Assembly: GCF_964204645.1 (NCBI RefSeq)
Contig: NC_134026.1
Span: 31,051,432 to 31,115,431 of the forward strand
Source of the DNA: Tubulanus polymorphus
Taxonomy: Eukaryota > Animalia > Nemertea
DNA length: 64,000 nucleotides
Direction of reading: 5' to 3'
A model generated the notes under the pieces. It had not been told where the DNA came from and did not search any database. It saw only the letters and a list, made by a program, of their open reading frames with translations. The position numbers were made by a program, and so were the translations under genes. The number at the start of each line of letters is the position of its first letter. Within the stretch, counting starts at the first letter, position 1. Positions 11,059 to 24,627 of the stretch are shown one piece after another.

Positions 11059-14000
11059 TAAACAATCTATTTATACCAGGCATTTTTATAATGATTCATA
11101 ACTTGAAATGAAATTGGCATTTTTTTTCAAATATTGCGGTTGATTAATTTGAGTTTTTTTTAAATTTGTATTTCGAAATAAATGCAATGTTTTAAATAGG
11201 TGACGCAATGCAGTTGATGTGAATATGGAGAAATATTTCACGAAATAACTTTAAAAAAATGTTATTGACGGAAAGAATAACAATAGACGCACTGCTTGCG
11301 GAACAGACTGTAAAAACAAAAACTATTTTCTAAACAGCATTAACATTTAATGAGGCGGATATTTCCGCGAGCTCCAGTCGAGAATAAGAAAAAAATGCAC
11401 GTAAAAGTATCTTAAAAAAACAAATATTAATTAGAAAACTTACCGTGGTAACTTCTGGACATATTTGCTGGAATAAATTCGTATAATTCCATACTGATTG
11501 ATAACAGTCCATATAAAATAAAGATTTTACGTTGATATATGTAAGGAATGATGTAGTCAGTGTCTGAGAGAGAGAGATATGTTGTTACCCGTCCTGCGAG
11601 TTCTATCGCTAATATCATATTTGCCATTTATACTCTTACTATACCGGCTGAATCATTTCATTCACAAAACGACTCCCACGCACGTATCTGATTGGCTGAC
11701 GCATATCTCTCTGCACGTGCGCTTTACTACGGGCGGAATAGATTGTGTATATCTTACCTTATACCATCATCGTACAATAACATGATTATTCCCGAATTGA
11801 AATATGTCACATTGGAAATAGTTTTATATTCTCGCGAACCACGGCTTACAGAGGGGGTGATGATCTTCCACACATCCTTAATAGACAAGGTCATTGGGTC
11901 TAAAAACCGAGGAACTTCTATTAGCGCTGAATGAACGACTTTAAAGTTGTTATTTTTGGTATAGATGTAGATTCTCGCTGTAATTATCTGTTATTTCTCC
12001 TCAAAGTGTTTTTTTTCTTACGGTTGAGTTGAAACTTATTGGCAGAAAAGGCGTCAGAGTTAAAGAGCTCGGCGCGATCAGAGGCCACGGAGCAGTTCTC
12101 CGTGTGAGGTTTTTTTTATAACCCGTCTACAGTGTGCCGGTATCGTGTCGAGTTTGTCTGGTTTCGCGCATATTTGACCGAATAAAAGCCTTGAGCTAGT
12201 GACCGGTATGTATGTCACCTAGAAATATAAAAATTAGGAAAAAACCGTTCAACACTCAGACGTACGGGGTTCAATCAGCCGTCTGCGCACAAATTAGTAT
12301 CTATAATTGATATAGTCAGTATATCAGATTGAGTCAAATTACTGGTAATTCAATTATTTGACTTTTTCCAGTTGCCCAGATATAAGAGTCGTATAAAGTT
12401 GTAACTTTGACTGCGAGGGTCCCGTAGAACTACAGTCAAAGTAGGCTGCCGTCCCCGTTAACTTCGATACTCACTTGCCAATATTTATCAGAGAAATGAT
12501 TTGCACAATTTCCATCAAATTTGATGAAAACTCCATTATTTGCAACGCTAAATTTGTTATAACGCATTATCATTCATTCACCCAAACGGTGGCATTGTAA
12601 AGGACTTTTACTTTTTTACAAGATAGAAACACTGTAAATATATATACAACTTTAGTAAAAACTTGGTCAAATCAGGGAGTTGGGGGTGCACTCCCACCTC
12701 CCTGGTCAAATTAACGGCGTTATGAAAACCAAACAGGAGACAGAGAGAGTTCAATAATGTGTAGGTAGGAATTCACAGATAACCTTGCGATTAGGTCGGA
12801 TAAAAGTACAATCACTACAGGTCGATTGATTTGTGATTTTGTGAAGGTCAGATCGGGCGCATACTCGTGTTGGGCGTGGGTTGATGAATCACTGTGCATT
12901 ATCTAATAATCCTATATAGATATAGTTACGTAATATACTCCTGTCCGAAGACATCGCATTTCATTTAGGGGGTATTGCTGCCTTTTGTTGGTCGCAGTTG
13001 TCCAAAGATTAGCGTAGATTTGAATTATTGAGTAGGCGTTGGTCGACACCGGTAAACATCAAAGCGAATTGAACAACTGCGTTTTATTGTTCGAATCCTG
13101 TTTGCGATTTCCGCCCATCCGCCCGCCGACCCGATCTCTCTTCCGAGATCCGACGACGTTTATTTGCTCGTTATTTAGAATAGTTTCGGAAGTTTGTGTT
13201 GCGGGTTTCGAAAAAAAAAGTTTACTGGAAATCTATTGAATTGAAAGTGATAACGGAAATGTATATACGCGATATGGAGTCGAACGTTAGATATACTGAG
13301 TTAACCTTGCAATCAGCTTAGAACAATTTCTGTAACATTGAACAATGTTTTACAAATGATCATCTGTCCGACTGAGCTATTTAAACCAGCCATGGTAAAA
13401 AAAGCCGTTAGATAATTTACCTGTTAGAGGATGGGAAGACTTAAACAGCATCAAAGAACGCTATTACATCGATGCCAACCACCCAACTTATGTTATCTCA
13501 GTCAAAAATAGGCTGAACTAATTTGAACCGGGAATGGGAGGTGATGAGGAGGTACACGCGAGAGTTCTGCGGTTTTTTGACGGATGAGGGACTCGACTCG
13601 ACGCGTTCTCGTCTGCGGCTCACAATGAACCCGATAAATAATGAATTAGAATCAGGCGACAAAAGAGGCGACAACTAATTTGCGGTAGGTCATATCTCGC
13701 GGCTCCGTTACAATAGGCGTTTACCGAATTAGGACCTCGTATGTTGCGGGCTTTCGTAATGTTGGTTTTGAGGCGACGGATTAATCGAAGAAAATCAAAC
13801 ACAAGTGTCGCCAATAACGTAGCGTGTAACCTTCTGATCTTTTATACCGCGCGTCTATAAACAGTTGAACGTGTTGTTAGAACTATTAGTTTTAAACACG
13901 TTTTGTGATTTGTGTTACACAGCTCGTATCGGTCGTATTGACCTGATAGTCGATATTGGCGCCTAATTACGTCGAATCGTCGAACTTGGAATGTCGCGGC

Positions 14001-16091
14001 TTCCTTGCGGTTTTAAGTAATTTGCTATAGTGATTATATTACATGACATTATCGCATTTCCGATGAGTGAGTGAACAGCACAAGCGCGCACCTGATGATG
14101 GCGATTGTCTGTTGAGGAAACAGCAGAAATACGTTGTCGTCTCAATAGACTTTTGGGCGCAGATAAACTTTAAAGGCTTCGACGAGACCAGTCTGAAGCC
14201 ATTCTAGTGTAGTAGCCAATCTGATAACTTCAGGCCTGTCTAAAGACCACGTTTAGACGAAGGTGCATGACCGCGCAACTGGTCACAGGTCCCTCGAGCC
14301 AGATACACACCGGTCAAGGCTTGGACCAGTCTAAGGCAGGGCCGTATAAGCCGGGGCATCCCCATGAATTTTGGAAAAAGTGTACTTTTTTGCAAATATC
14401 ATTGTTTTATCCCTTAGGCCTGCCCCTTTTTGTGTTTCTCTGACCCCCCCCCCCCTAATATTCAAATACAGCCCCGCTACGACCATCTCTGGAGAATCGA
14501 CCAGATTGTGTAAGATTTAAAAACATCTTTGAACATAAGTCATAACTGTGCGGCTTGGTCTTCGGATCTTAAATGTGTGGCATTTCGCTAGAATAATTTC
14601 CAGTAAAATGTGAAGTTCTGATAAAAAGACGCGTCTGCACGGTTTAACAAATTCTAAGATCGAGAATTCTTCGAAGTAACACATGGTCACATTAAGGGAG
14701 AGACCGAAACCAATCGGCTATAAAATATATTTATTGCACGCATCATGCAGCATCAGCATCAGATCACTTCCCTGTAACCAGTTCCCGCGACCGATCAGCG
14801 CCGGAATTCTCCGAAGTCTTCCGAATGATGTCAGCGGATTTCCTTCGGTAAATAGATGTGTTACACGAAAACTTCGGTTGTTTCTATTTAAGGATTGAAT
14901 TCCATAAATAGACGTTACACTAGTGCACTAAACTCAACAACCGACCCACAATCGACGACCACCAACAAACATTTTGACCACTATCTCTCTCAATCATTTT
15001 GTCGGGTTCTTTTTGAACCCTCTTTAGGCGGCTTTCTGTTTTGTATCCAAATACAACAGACAAATACAACACGCGCGGTTTTGAAACGACGTTTTTTTAT
15101 AAACCGCAAGATAGCGAACACCGACTTAGATTCCGAAAATATAACAATGTGTTCACTACGAAATTAATCGTAGGTTTTGTGAAAAACAATTTTTACACGT
15201 TCAGATCTGGTATTGATGCGGTTTACTAGTAATTTGTACTTAACAACTTTACGCGAACATGTGTCGTTTAGGACGGGTGGTCACCACAAAGAAATAAACA
15301 TCGTAATTATGTTTACAAAGTTGTAGAAACGAATTTCCTTAAAATCGTAGAACTAATTTCTAGTGCATTTACAAGGGATAAGATGATTTTATTAATTTTC
15401 TACAATTTCCGTGGTCTGTGGATATTTAAAAAAAAACGAAGAAAACAAACATTTATTATTTTGAAAAAAAGAACCATGAAATTCAATTGATTAAAAGCCA
15501 ATATATTCAAAATGTTGTAATTATTATTTTGAAACGCCAATATTGATGACGTTGTACCCATCGATTCCGTTAAATAAGGCATAGTGGTTATCAATATGAA
15601 AACATTTTTGTAACGGTTTTTACAGAATCGAAAAATTTAAAATACAACATAATATCGACGACGATCGTCACGATCAGACCGCTGAACGATGGTTTCGATG
15701 AAGCGGTATTCTAGAGGTACAATGATGCTGTATCACACGTGGCTCAGATATTGTAACACGTCTTACTGCGGTTTCCGAACAAATTCATTCATTTCCGATT
15801 TGACTATTAATCTAACTATGTGTAACCATCGTTAATCAGCTATTAGTGGGCTGTGAGTCCCGTTAGCTTCAGGCAGCGGATAGATTAGACGGTTGAAGGT
15901 GTGGTATTAAATTGTGCCGGGCGAATTTTTGTGTTTTTCCGTGTTGCTGAAGACTAAATGTATAAGTATGTAGTAACTACGTGTTTATCACTGTTAAACA
16001 CTGATAAGTTGATTATCACATAATGTTACTGTACAACTTATCATCGATAGAAATGACTCATAATCCTGTTTTAAGCTCGGCCGTCACTTAC

Positions 16092-16094
<3 letters not shown>

Positions 16095-16172
<78 letters not shown>
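16095..16172. repeat. (TA)n microsatellite, about 38 units
   Basis: Direct reading. Confidence 0.95.
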
Positions 16173-16175
<3 letters not shown>

Positions 16176-18589
16176 ATATAGATAGATTTATAAAGTCATC
16201 CTTTATTAATCGATAGACTTTTTGGAATCGTGCAGGAAACGAGACGGTCGTGGTTTCCATCTTGAGGAAGAGATGATTGTCACTCCTTATGCATTTGATT
16301 GGTTTCTATTTCCATTTTTTATCTTATTTCTCATTTTGAGTTGGTGTCCCTTACAATCCTACCACACCTGGCGGGAGCGAAACAGAGGGTTTGATTTTGA
16401 AATCGGAAATCGAAGTACTGATATAGTTGTGTGATCAGCGGTCGGACTTTTTTTTCAAATTAGGAAATTTCGATTCCGGTTCATTCAAATACATTTGGTT
16501 TATTCATTTTGATTTTTTTTTGAGTTGGCGTTCCTCACAAAACCACCACACCTGGCGGAGCGAAAATCGGAAATCGAAGTACAGACAGTTGTGTGATCAG
16601 TAGTCGAGTTTACAGAATTTTTTGTTTAAATCGGAGTACATAATTGGGAAATTCGGTTCCGGTTCATTCAAACAATCTCCCATTCAACGAATCGCAAAGA
16701 GCTTCATAAATATGATTAATAGTTAACTCTCATTCGTGATAAATGACGACTAGAATTTCAAAAATGTAAATGTTTATTGAGGCCGCATGTTTTCTAAATG
16801 CATCATCAAGTGAGATATCGCAGTCGCTAATTTTTGACTAATTTTTGAATTATAGAAATTCGCTTTCATATTGCTATATCGCAAATCGCAATCTGGGTGA
16901 CCAGGGGAGCAGTGACTGGTCTTCGTCCACGCATCCACCCCCAACCTAGCGGTGGACCGAACATAAGCTCTCAGGGTCATACTATCCCTGGAAAGGTGTA
17001 CGTCTCCAGAGGGGAGTTCAGAGACATGTTTTGTGCTGTTCCTGGCCCTGGAAATCACAATTAACAAAAACTATTTTTTTCATACCTTAAAGAACTTCCA
17101 GACATAACTTTATGCTTAATCAACAAATCTACAAAAGATTCATTGAAGATGTTTTTTTTCATCTCACAATAGACAGAAACAGAGAAAGAGAGACAGAGGC
17201 AGAGGCAGGAGAGTACTGTGCTGATATACATGTCGAATGACGTTATTTGACATTCTCGATTCATTCTTGGAATTGTCCCTAAATTTATCCGTAATAACCC
17301 TGGTAGAGTTGATGCCCTTCAATTAGACACAGTGTAGTAGATAATGTGTATATCTCCCGGGTTGCACTTGACTAAAATCACGTATTAGTTCCCTTTAAAC
17401 CATTTGGAAAAATTAATCGGAAATTTCAGAATAATCCAGTACGCCTGATGATGGCAAACTAGAAGCCGAAACGCTGCTAAATATAACTCATCTACTACAG
17501 AACGTTTCGTCCGTTCTCTGGACCTATTGCGCGATTTTTTACTCATTCGCTATCGTTTTCTGTGTAGACTTCAATACGTCACCAGCCACCACGCCCTGTG
17601 CTATGAGAACTCATACGTCATCAGTACTATTACTATATGACGTAGTCTATTTAATTGTTCGCTCTACATCTCGTCGTAACTATGTTGTCACTTGACATGC
17701 TAAAACATAACGTTCTAATAACGATTAAATATTAATAGTATGAAGACTCTTGCCGATACGCGGTGATGGCACTCTTGTATTGGATAAACTGCCGCTGATA
17801 GACCGGTTGAGAATGATGCTTTGCACCCACATAGTGTTCAAAACTGTATTTAAGGGACAGATCTAACCCCCCCCCCTAAATTTCAAGTTGCCCTAAATGA
17901 AAAATGAAAAACTGATTTCTAAAGATCATAAGCATGTTATCTGTACTTCCGAAGACCGGAAATAAGTTGATGGTTCCCGATGAGGTTCACTGGGAGTGGT
18001 GGGGGAGGAGGTGGGGGAGGGGGTGAGGTGCCCTCCCTCCCTAAATCACACCCTGATCCGAGGCCACTGAATTACGCTCTATTTCTACGAGAAATTGCAT
18101 CTCGTTTCGCTCAGTCGCGGACGAGTTCTAAAAACAAAAAAAAACTAGGACTGATCAGGGAAAGACGTAATATCACTAATATTATAATCTTGCCCTGATA
18201 ACATCCCGGTAAAAGGAACTATTGTCCTGAATTAAGTAGGAAAACCACAGGAAACTATTATACTATTATAATAATAATTCATGTACAGATAATTTGCACT
18301 ATTTCACAAATCGTTCGTTGTTGTTTATTTAACGATGATATCTACTCATTAACAACCACTCAATGATTTGATAAGAATTTCACTATATTTCACTAGGGAT
18401 TGGTGAAATGGAATGCGGCGGCGTCGGCGGCGGTGGTGCTACCTCTTTCTACATTGACAATACTATATACACTGATATTCAGTCAATTCAACCTGGATAT
18501 GGTTGGTTTGAGTTTAACCTGCAGAGTGGATATATTGACATTTTGACTATAGTAAAACCGCGACAGACTCCGGTTGAATTATACAGATA

Positions 18590-19195
18590 TTTTACAGAAG
18601 TCCTACATCCAGTTCTGAACCCATTTCCACAGGCCCAGTTCCACAGGACTCCTCAGGACCCAGTTCCACATGACTCCTCAGGACCCAGTTCTGAACCCAT
18701 TTCCACAGGACTCCTCAGGACCCAGTTCCACAGGACTCCTCAGGACTCAGTTCTGAACCCATTTCCACAGGCCCAGTTCCACAGGACTCCTCAGGACCCA
18801 GTTCCACAGGACTCCTCAGGACCCAATTCTGAACCCATTTCCACAGGCCCAGTTCCATAGGACTCCTCAGGACCCAGTTCCACATGACTCCTCAGGACCC
18901 AGTTCTGAATCCATTTCCACAGTCCCAGTTCCACAGGACTCCTCAGGACCCAGTTCCACAGGACTCCTCAGGACCCAGTTCTGAACCCATTTCCACAGTC
19001 CCAGTTCCACAGGACTCCTCAGGACCCAGTTCCACAGGACTCCTCAGGACCCAGTTCTGAACCCATTTCCACAGTCCCAGTTCCACAGGACTCCTCAGGA
19101 CCCAGTTCCACAGGACTCCTCAGGACTCAGTTCCACAGGACTCCCCAGAACAATAGGACTCCTCGGGACCCAGATCCACAGGACTCAATTGGGGG
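18590..19195. repeat. Satellite array, 24-bp unit (CCCAGTTCCACAGGACTCCTCAGGAC with a CCCAGTTCTGAACCCATTTCCACAG variant), about 75-bp higher-order period
   Basis: Direct reading of about 25 tandem units. It generates the spurious ORF 18408..18860. Confidence 0.9.
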
Positions 19196-19261
19196 ATCCA
19201 CAGCTATCCAGTTGGTTTGACTTAACATTTATTCATTTTCAATGTTTGAAGTCAAAATTAA

Positions 19262-19512
19262 ATCAAGAACTGTAGAACTGGATCCTGAACTGTGGAACTG
19301 GGTGCTGAACTGTAGAACTGGGTGCTGAACTGTAGAACTGGGTCCTGAACTGTGGAACTGAGTCCTGAACTGTAGAACTGGGCCCTGAACTGTAGAACTG
19401 GGCCCTGGACTGTAGAACTGGGTCCTGAACTGTGGAACTGGGCCCTGAACTGTAGAACTGGGCCCTGGACTATAGAACTGGGTCCTGAACTGTAGAACTG
19501 GGTCCTGGATCA
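19262..19512. repeat. Satellite array, 20-bp unit GAACTGT(A/G)GAACTGGGTCCT x about 12, reverse-complement orientation relative to 18590-19195
   Basis: The unit is the reverse complement of AGGACCCAGTTC(C/T)ACAGTTC. The two blocks form a roughly 900-bp interrupted palindrome with a roughly 65-bp spacer. Confidence 0.9.
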
Positions 19513-20205
19513 ACTGGCAAATAGAATTAGTTAATTCGTAATTAGTGTTAACCGTATTCAGACATAGTTTATCAGAACTAGGTTCCGGTTCCGGTTACGG
19601 GAGGGATTGACCGAGGTGTTTTACATTTCGGTTTATTTCAAACGAAAACATGGATAATTATATTCATAAGCCGAGTGTCCGTAAGAAGGAAATGACCAAT
19701 ATGTTTCCTTATGGATATCATTTCAAATTAACGGTTAATATAATACACTTAGTCAGTATGAGATGATAGAGTACAACTTCCGTTAAAACTAACCACAAGA
19801 TAAGATATAATAGTGCTTACGAGCAATACGGAAATATCGCTGACGGACCCGCGGCTGGTTAACATGCGGTTAAACATCATTAACCTTCGATGATCGAACG
19901 AAAGGAACAAAAACGTTTTAGAGTAAAGAATAAAAATAATGCTTCGTAATTTAGGGTTACCCAGTATGAGTGGAGCCTGATAGAGAAACAGTATACGAAA
20001 TAACTACATTTTCTCCTATGTTTCATATTGTAATTGCCCAGCGGCCCTTGGGCCTTGCTGGACCTGCATGATGTGTAATATAATTCATTATTTTCGTTAT
20101 TCTATGCAGACTGAATTAAAGACTTGTCGTCACAGAGACGGTATTTATTGTTGATCTATTTCCTGGCGATTCTGGCCTAAAAATTTATGTGTTCGTTTTG
20201 CTCAA

Positions 20206-20284
20206 ATCCGCCAGCACCACCAGCACCACCAGCACCACCAGCACCACCAGCACCACCAGCACCACCAGCACCACCAGCACCACA
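20206..20284. repeat. (CACCAG)n hexanucleotide repeat x about 13
   Basis: Direct reading. Confidence 0.9.
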
Positions 20285-20606
20285 CCCACCTATATTGGAT
20301 ATTTAGCTGGCGGATAGATTCCAGGACACCACCGGATTTCATAAGGCTGATAATAAGTGCACACATAACAAAACAGCCTTAACCTTTAGCGAATGTTGTA
20401 TTTCTGTAGGTATTTAGCCTCCCCCTCAATTAGGTATAAAACACATCACTTTTTCACATTCGCTTTGAGCAAAAAACGCTCTTTTGCGATGAACTCGATG
20501 TTAAATCTTATTAGAAGGGAGTGGAAGATATTTTGATATGAACGGGCACCAAAAACTAGATATCCTCTATTGATTCTTCTTTCTCTAAACTGGACGACAC
20601 AGTCTA

Positions 20607-20790
20607 GCAATTATCTGAAGTTTATAGCGGCTTTCTGGAGTATATACTGACACAGTCTTATAGCAGCTTTCTGGAGTATATACTGACACAGTCTTATAGC
20701 AGCTTTCTGGAGTAAACTGACACAGTCTTATAGCAGCTTTCTGGAGTATATACTGACACAGTCTTATTGCAGCTTTCTGGAGTAAACTGA
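20607..20790. repeat. Minisatellite of about 43-46-bp units x 4 (CTGACACAGTCTTATAGCAGCTTTCTGGAGTATATA)
   Basis: Direct reading. Confidence 0.85.
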
Positions 20791-21186
20791 CATAGTTTTG
20801 AAGCATTATATTTCTTGCTCTATTCTGACGAATGGCACAAATACGGTGAAAAGATTTTGGAACATGAATCTAAAACGAATCCTTGCAGTGGTTGGCCGAA
20901 AATAACATTATTAGTGTCCTTCAGAGAAAGTGTTTATGAAGACTATTTTCGCAGCTCTTTTTGAGACGTAACAAAACCACGTGTTGCTAATAAAGTGACA
21001 CTGTTTTGACGTATCTGTCAAATATAAGGTTACAGAAATGTTGGTTTCGTTGAGAGAAAATTAAACGTTCTTCATCTGCAATTAATCAGCGAAGTTCAAC
21101 AGAAATACTCCACGCAATTTGCTTCATTTCCTCTCCTTATTGACTTTCTACTTCACTTCACGTTTATTAAAATCATAGAAATGACC

Positions 21187-21523
<337 letters not shown>

Positions 21524-23973
21524 TAGTCGCCTACGTGAACGGAAACTGTTTGGCTTTGTAGAGTTACTGCTGTGTGACCAAAATCACTAATATCGGATCT
21601 ATATATAATAACAGGTTAGGGACTGACAAAAAAAGATGAACGTATTCATAGATTTTACTCAATTATAAGGAAGAAAGTGGACAATCTGGACAGCCCTATC
21701 CCTGTGGTAAACTAGGTTTATAGTTGAATGAGAATCCATGGCGAAAAATAAAGTGAATGATTTCTAATCTTTGGAAATGTCTTGCAGAATTTAGTCGATT
21801 CGTCACTACTTTCTTGGTTTTTTCTTTAATCGAACTATTGAAAGTCAACTATTGTCTATGTAAACCAATTGTGATTCTTTCCCGATACCTTTTTCAGAAG
21901 GTGCCACACGTTCGTGTGATGAAGCGATATATAAACGCTGATACGAGGATGTTACTATGTGACGTCACTGATTAATTGTCAATAGTTCATGGCGTGAAGA
22001 AGATACATCGCCTATTGTATGAAATAAGGCTTATTTTATAATGAGAATTTTCCTACGATCCGAAAAAAGATTAAGAGCGGGTCGTGACCGTGCTCTAAAT
22101 CAATACCAGGTCTCAGAAGACTTGAAATGACATGGAGTTGGTTGCATCTTCTTTCTATGAGATCATTGTGTAGATTTTTCTTTGAAATAGAACCACACGA
22201 CAGGGAGTTTCGTGTGAACGTGATATCACGGCTTTTTTACACATGTAATTTGAAGTATATATTGCAATTTGTAACGGACTCGCAGCGAGAATCTGCTTTT
22301 TTCGCCGATGCAGAATACTGTTCTTCGCAATTCTAAGATTCTCAGAATGATACTGACGAAAGCGGGAACAACGAACGACCTTAGCCTTGTCTACGCGGCG
22401 ACTGCCACCCACTGTTATTAGCTGAAATTTTCTCAGATCTTTTTGAGAATAATTTGAAAGCACTTTTTATTGTTTTGTTCGTAGAAATTTCTGAAATTCA
22501 TCTTTCTACAAATTGCCATTTCGCGTGAGACACGGTCTCAATTCGACAATTCAAACCTCGTAACGACTGAGGCTAAATTTGCGGCTAGAAAAGTGGCTCG
22601 AGGATCGCTTACAGAAACAGATTCCCCTTAAACAAAGCTTTAATGTTGATAAAATTATTCATTTAAAACAGTTTGGCGTTGAGTAATGAATGAAATTCGA
22701 CTAAGTAAAATATCTGTAATCCTCACATGCCACAGTAGAATATTGAGGCGGCATCAGATCTCGACCGTTCGGTGCTGCCACTATGAATAACGATAGCGGA
22801 ATTTCTGTGAACTAACTAAGGGTAGCTCATATTTACCGCCGGAATATAAATTGGCTTATTATGTCTAATAAACCGTCGCCCTCTCTCCCCAGGTAAAATA
22901 TTAAAAGCCAAATATTCACAAGGACAAATTTACTCTCTTAAATTCATCTTATAGAAAAAATTGTCAGTTGAGTTGTTTCAATGCTTTTTAAGAGTTTGAG
23001 AATTTTCTCGAAATCCGGCCCGCAAATCGATAAATAGTTCGTCCATTGCGGCCGTTCTAAGACTTTGGCAAGCGAGTATCATTTTAGTTCACGTTTTTCC
23101 CGCTATAGTTATACATAGGGGCAGCACTAGACGGATGAGATAGCTATTTTTTACAGTGGCGGGCGAAAGATTCAATCGACGCTTATGTTCTATTCAACGA
23201 AATTATTCTTTTAATAAAAATATCAAAGCCACTTTTGAATAATTATAATTCTCAATTTTCTTTATCCGACTTAGAGGTTCCACTGAGCATCCAAAACCCT
23301 TTAGGCAGACTGAGTGAAATGAAAATTAGACCCTCAGAGACATCAGGATGAGTGGACACTAAACATCTAAACTAAGAGACGGTCTGTACCTAGACCTATG
23401 GCCTTCTTTGATGGTAAACAATGATATGACGTGATATATGAGAAAGACCAAATCAATAAACAACAAAATAGTCTTGTATTTTTTCAAGTTTTTTGCCCCT
23501 TTTTATTTGAGTTATTTCTAAGGTTATATTTACAATCTCTCGAATACGCTTAACATCCCATAAAATACAACATGAATTTAAATAAACATCGATTTTAACC
23601 GATAATAATAGCAACATACATTGTATATACACAGTAACACAGTACCAACTTCAGTAGCGAGTATCACCTCTATATTACCAGCCGATGAGAAAAAAAATAT
23701 TCTTGAATTCTTATTAGTTTCAAATGCATTATTTCTATCTTTAACTAAAACAGGATCCAGTTCCACAGTCATCGGTTTGAAAATTCAGTTAGTCCTCGCT
23801 GTTTTAATCCTAGAGTGGGATTTCAACGGCAGAACCAGAATCCTGTGTCTTAAGAACAATATTTCAAGCGTGCATATTTTCATTCATAGCACCCGAAATA
23901 ACCTCAAAAAGAAAATATAATTTCTTGATTAAAAAATAATAACGAAGAAAACGAAAATAAAGAAAATGAAATT

Positions 23974-24627
23974 TTAGACGAGTGAAGGGAAGAGTTCTGT
24001 GAATGATTCCTCCCACATATCGTCGCTGCTGAGAGCTGATATATCGCTACTCGGCGAGGCAGCATCACTGAAATCACTGTAACCAGAATCACTATATCCA
24101 CCTGTACTCAGTGTATTACTGGTAGCTGCTGGTGCTGCCGTTGCTGCTGCTGCTGCTGGTGCGATGATGCTATTATTGTCAATGCTGCTGCTGCTACTGT
24201 CTGTTGTCGGTACAACCTTAGAAATATCACAAATATCAGTCACCATGGATAACAGATCCTCATTGAGGAAACTTTCCAATGATTCGATGTCTTTCAACGT
24301 GAGAATGTTTTCGACTGAACTGTTGGAATTATTTTCGTCGTACGCGGAAAAGTTTATTGTCGGAACGGTTGGAGGGGTTATCATTGTTGGAAGCTCGGTT
24401 GTATCCATGGTAACGGGTTTAGGGGCAGGTTCCGTCTTGTGGTAAACGTGATCAAATTTTATGAGTTCATTGATGGATTCCAACTGTTTTGCTGTGGACC
24501 CCACCATCTCAACGTCGGGCTGCTCGACGGTTGGGCTAGTTGTTTTCGGTTCTCCGTATACGGGAGCGGTCTGGGATTTGACTTCGGTGCTTTGGAGTTG
24601 TTGGAGTAACCCCAGGAATACATCAGA
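23974..24627 (-). CDS. XBP1: XBP1 exon 3 (read in the XBP1s frame to stop 23974-76; the unspliced-frame stop is at 24459-61)
   Basis: Acceptor tgtttcag. ORF 23974..24654 gives the spliced-frame activation domain. ORF 24459..24641 gives the unspliced-frame tail. Confidence 0.8.
   Translation of the reverse strand, partial: SDVFLGLLQQLQSTEVKSQTAPVYGEPKTTSPTVEQPDVEMVGSTAKQLESINELIKFDHVYHKTEPAPKPVTMDTTELPTMITPPTVPTINFSAYDENNSNSSVENILTLKDIESLESFLNEDLLSMVTDICDISKVVPTTDSSSSSIDNNSIIAPAAAAATAAPAATSNTLSTGGYSDSGYSDFSDAASPSSDISALSSDDMWEESFTELFPSLV

Noticed and set aside
12000-14300. CpG-rich stretch (for example 13080-13210, 13540-13800) as a promoter or CpG island for an unseen gene
   Set aside because: The CpG density is elevated, but I could not identify an associated exon or start codon with splice support. 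The ORFs at 13039, 13620, 13963 and 14683 are short and have no homology.
18408-18860. 150-aa ORF starting MECGGVGGGG
   Set aside because: It runs through the 24-bp satellite and is repeat-derived.
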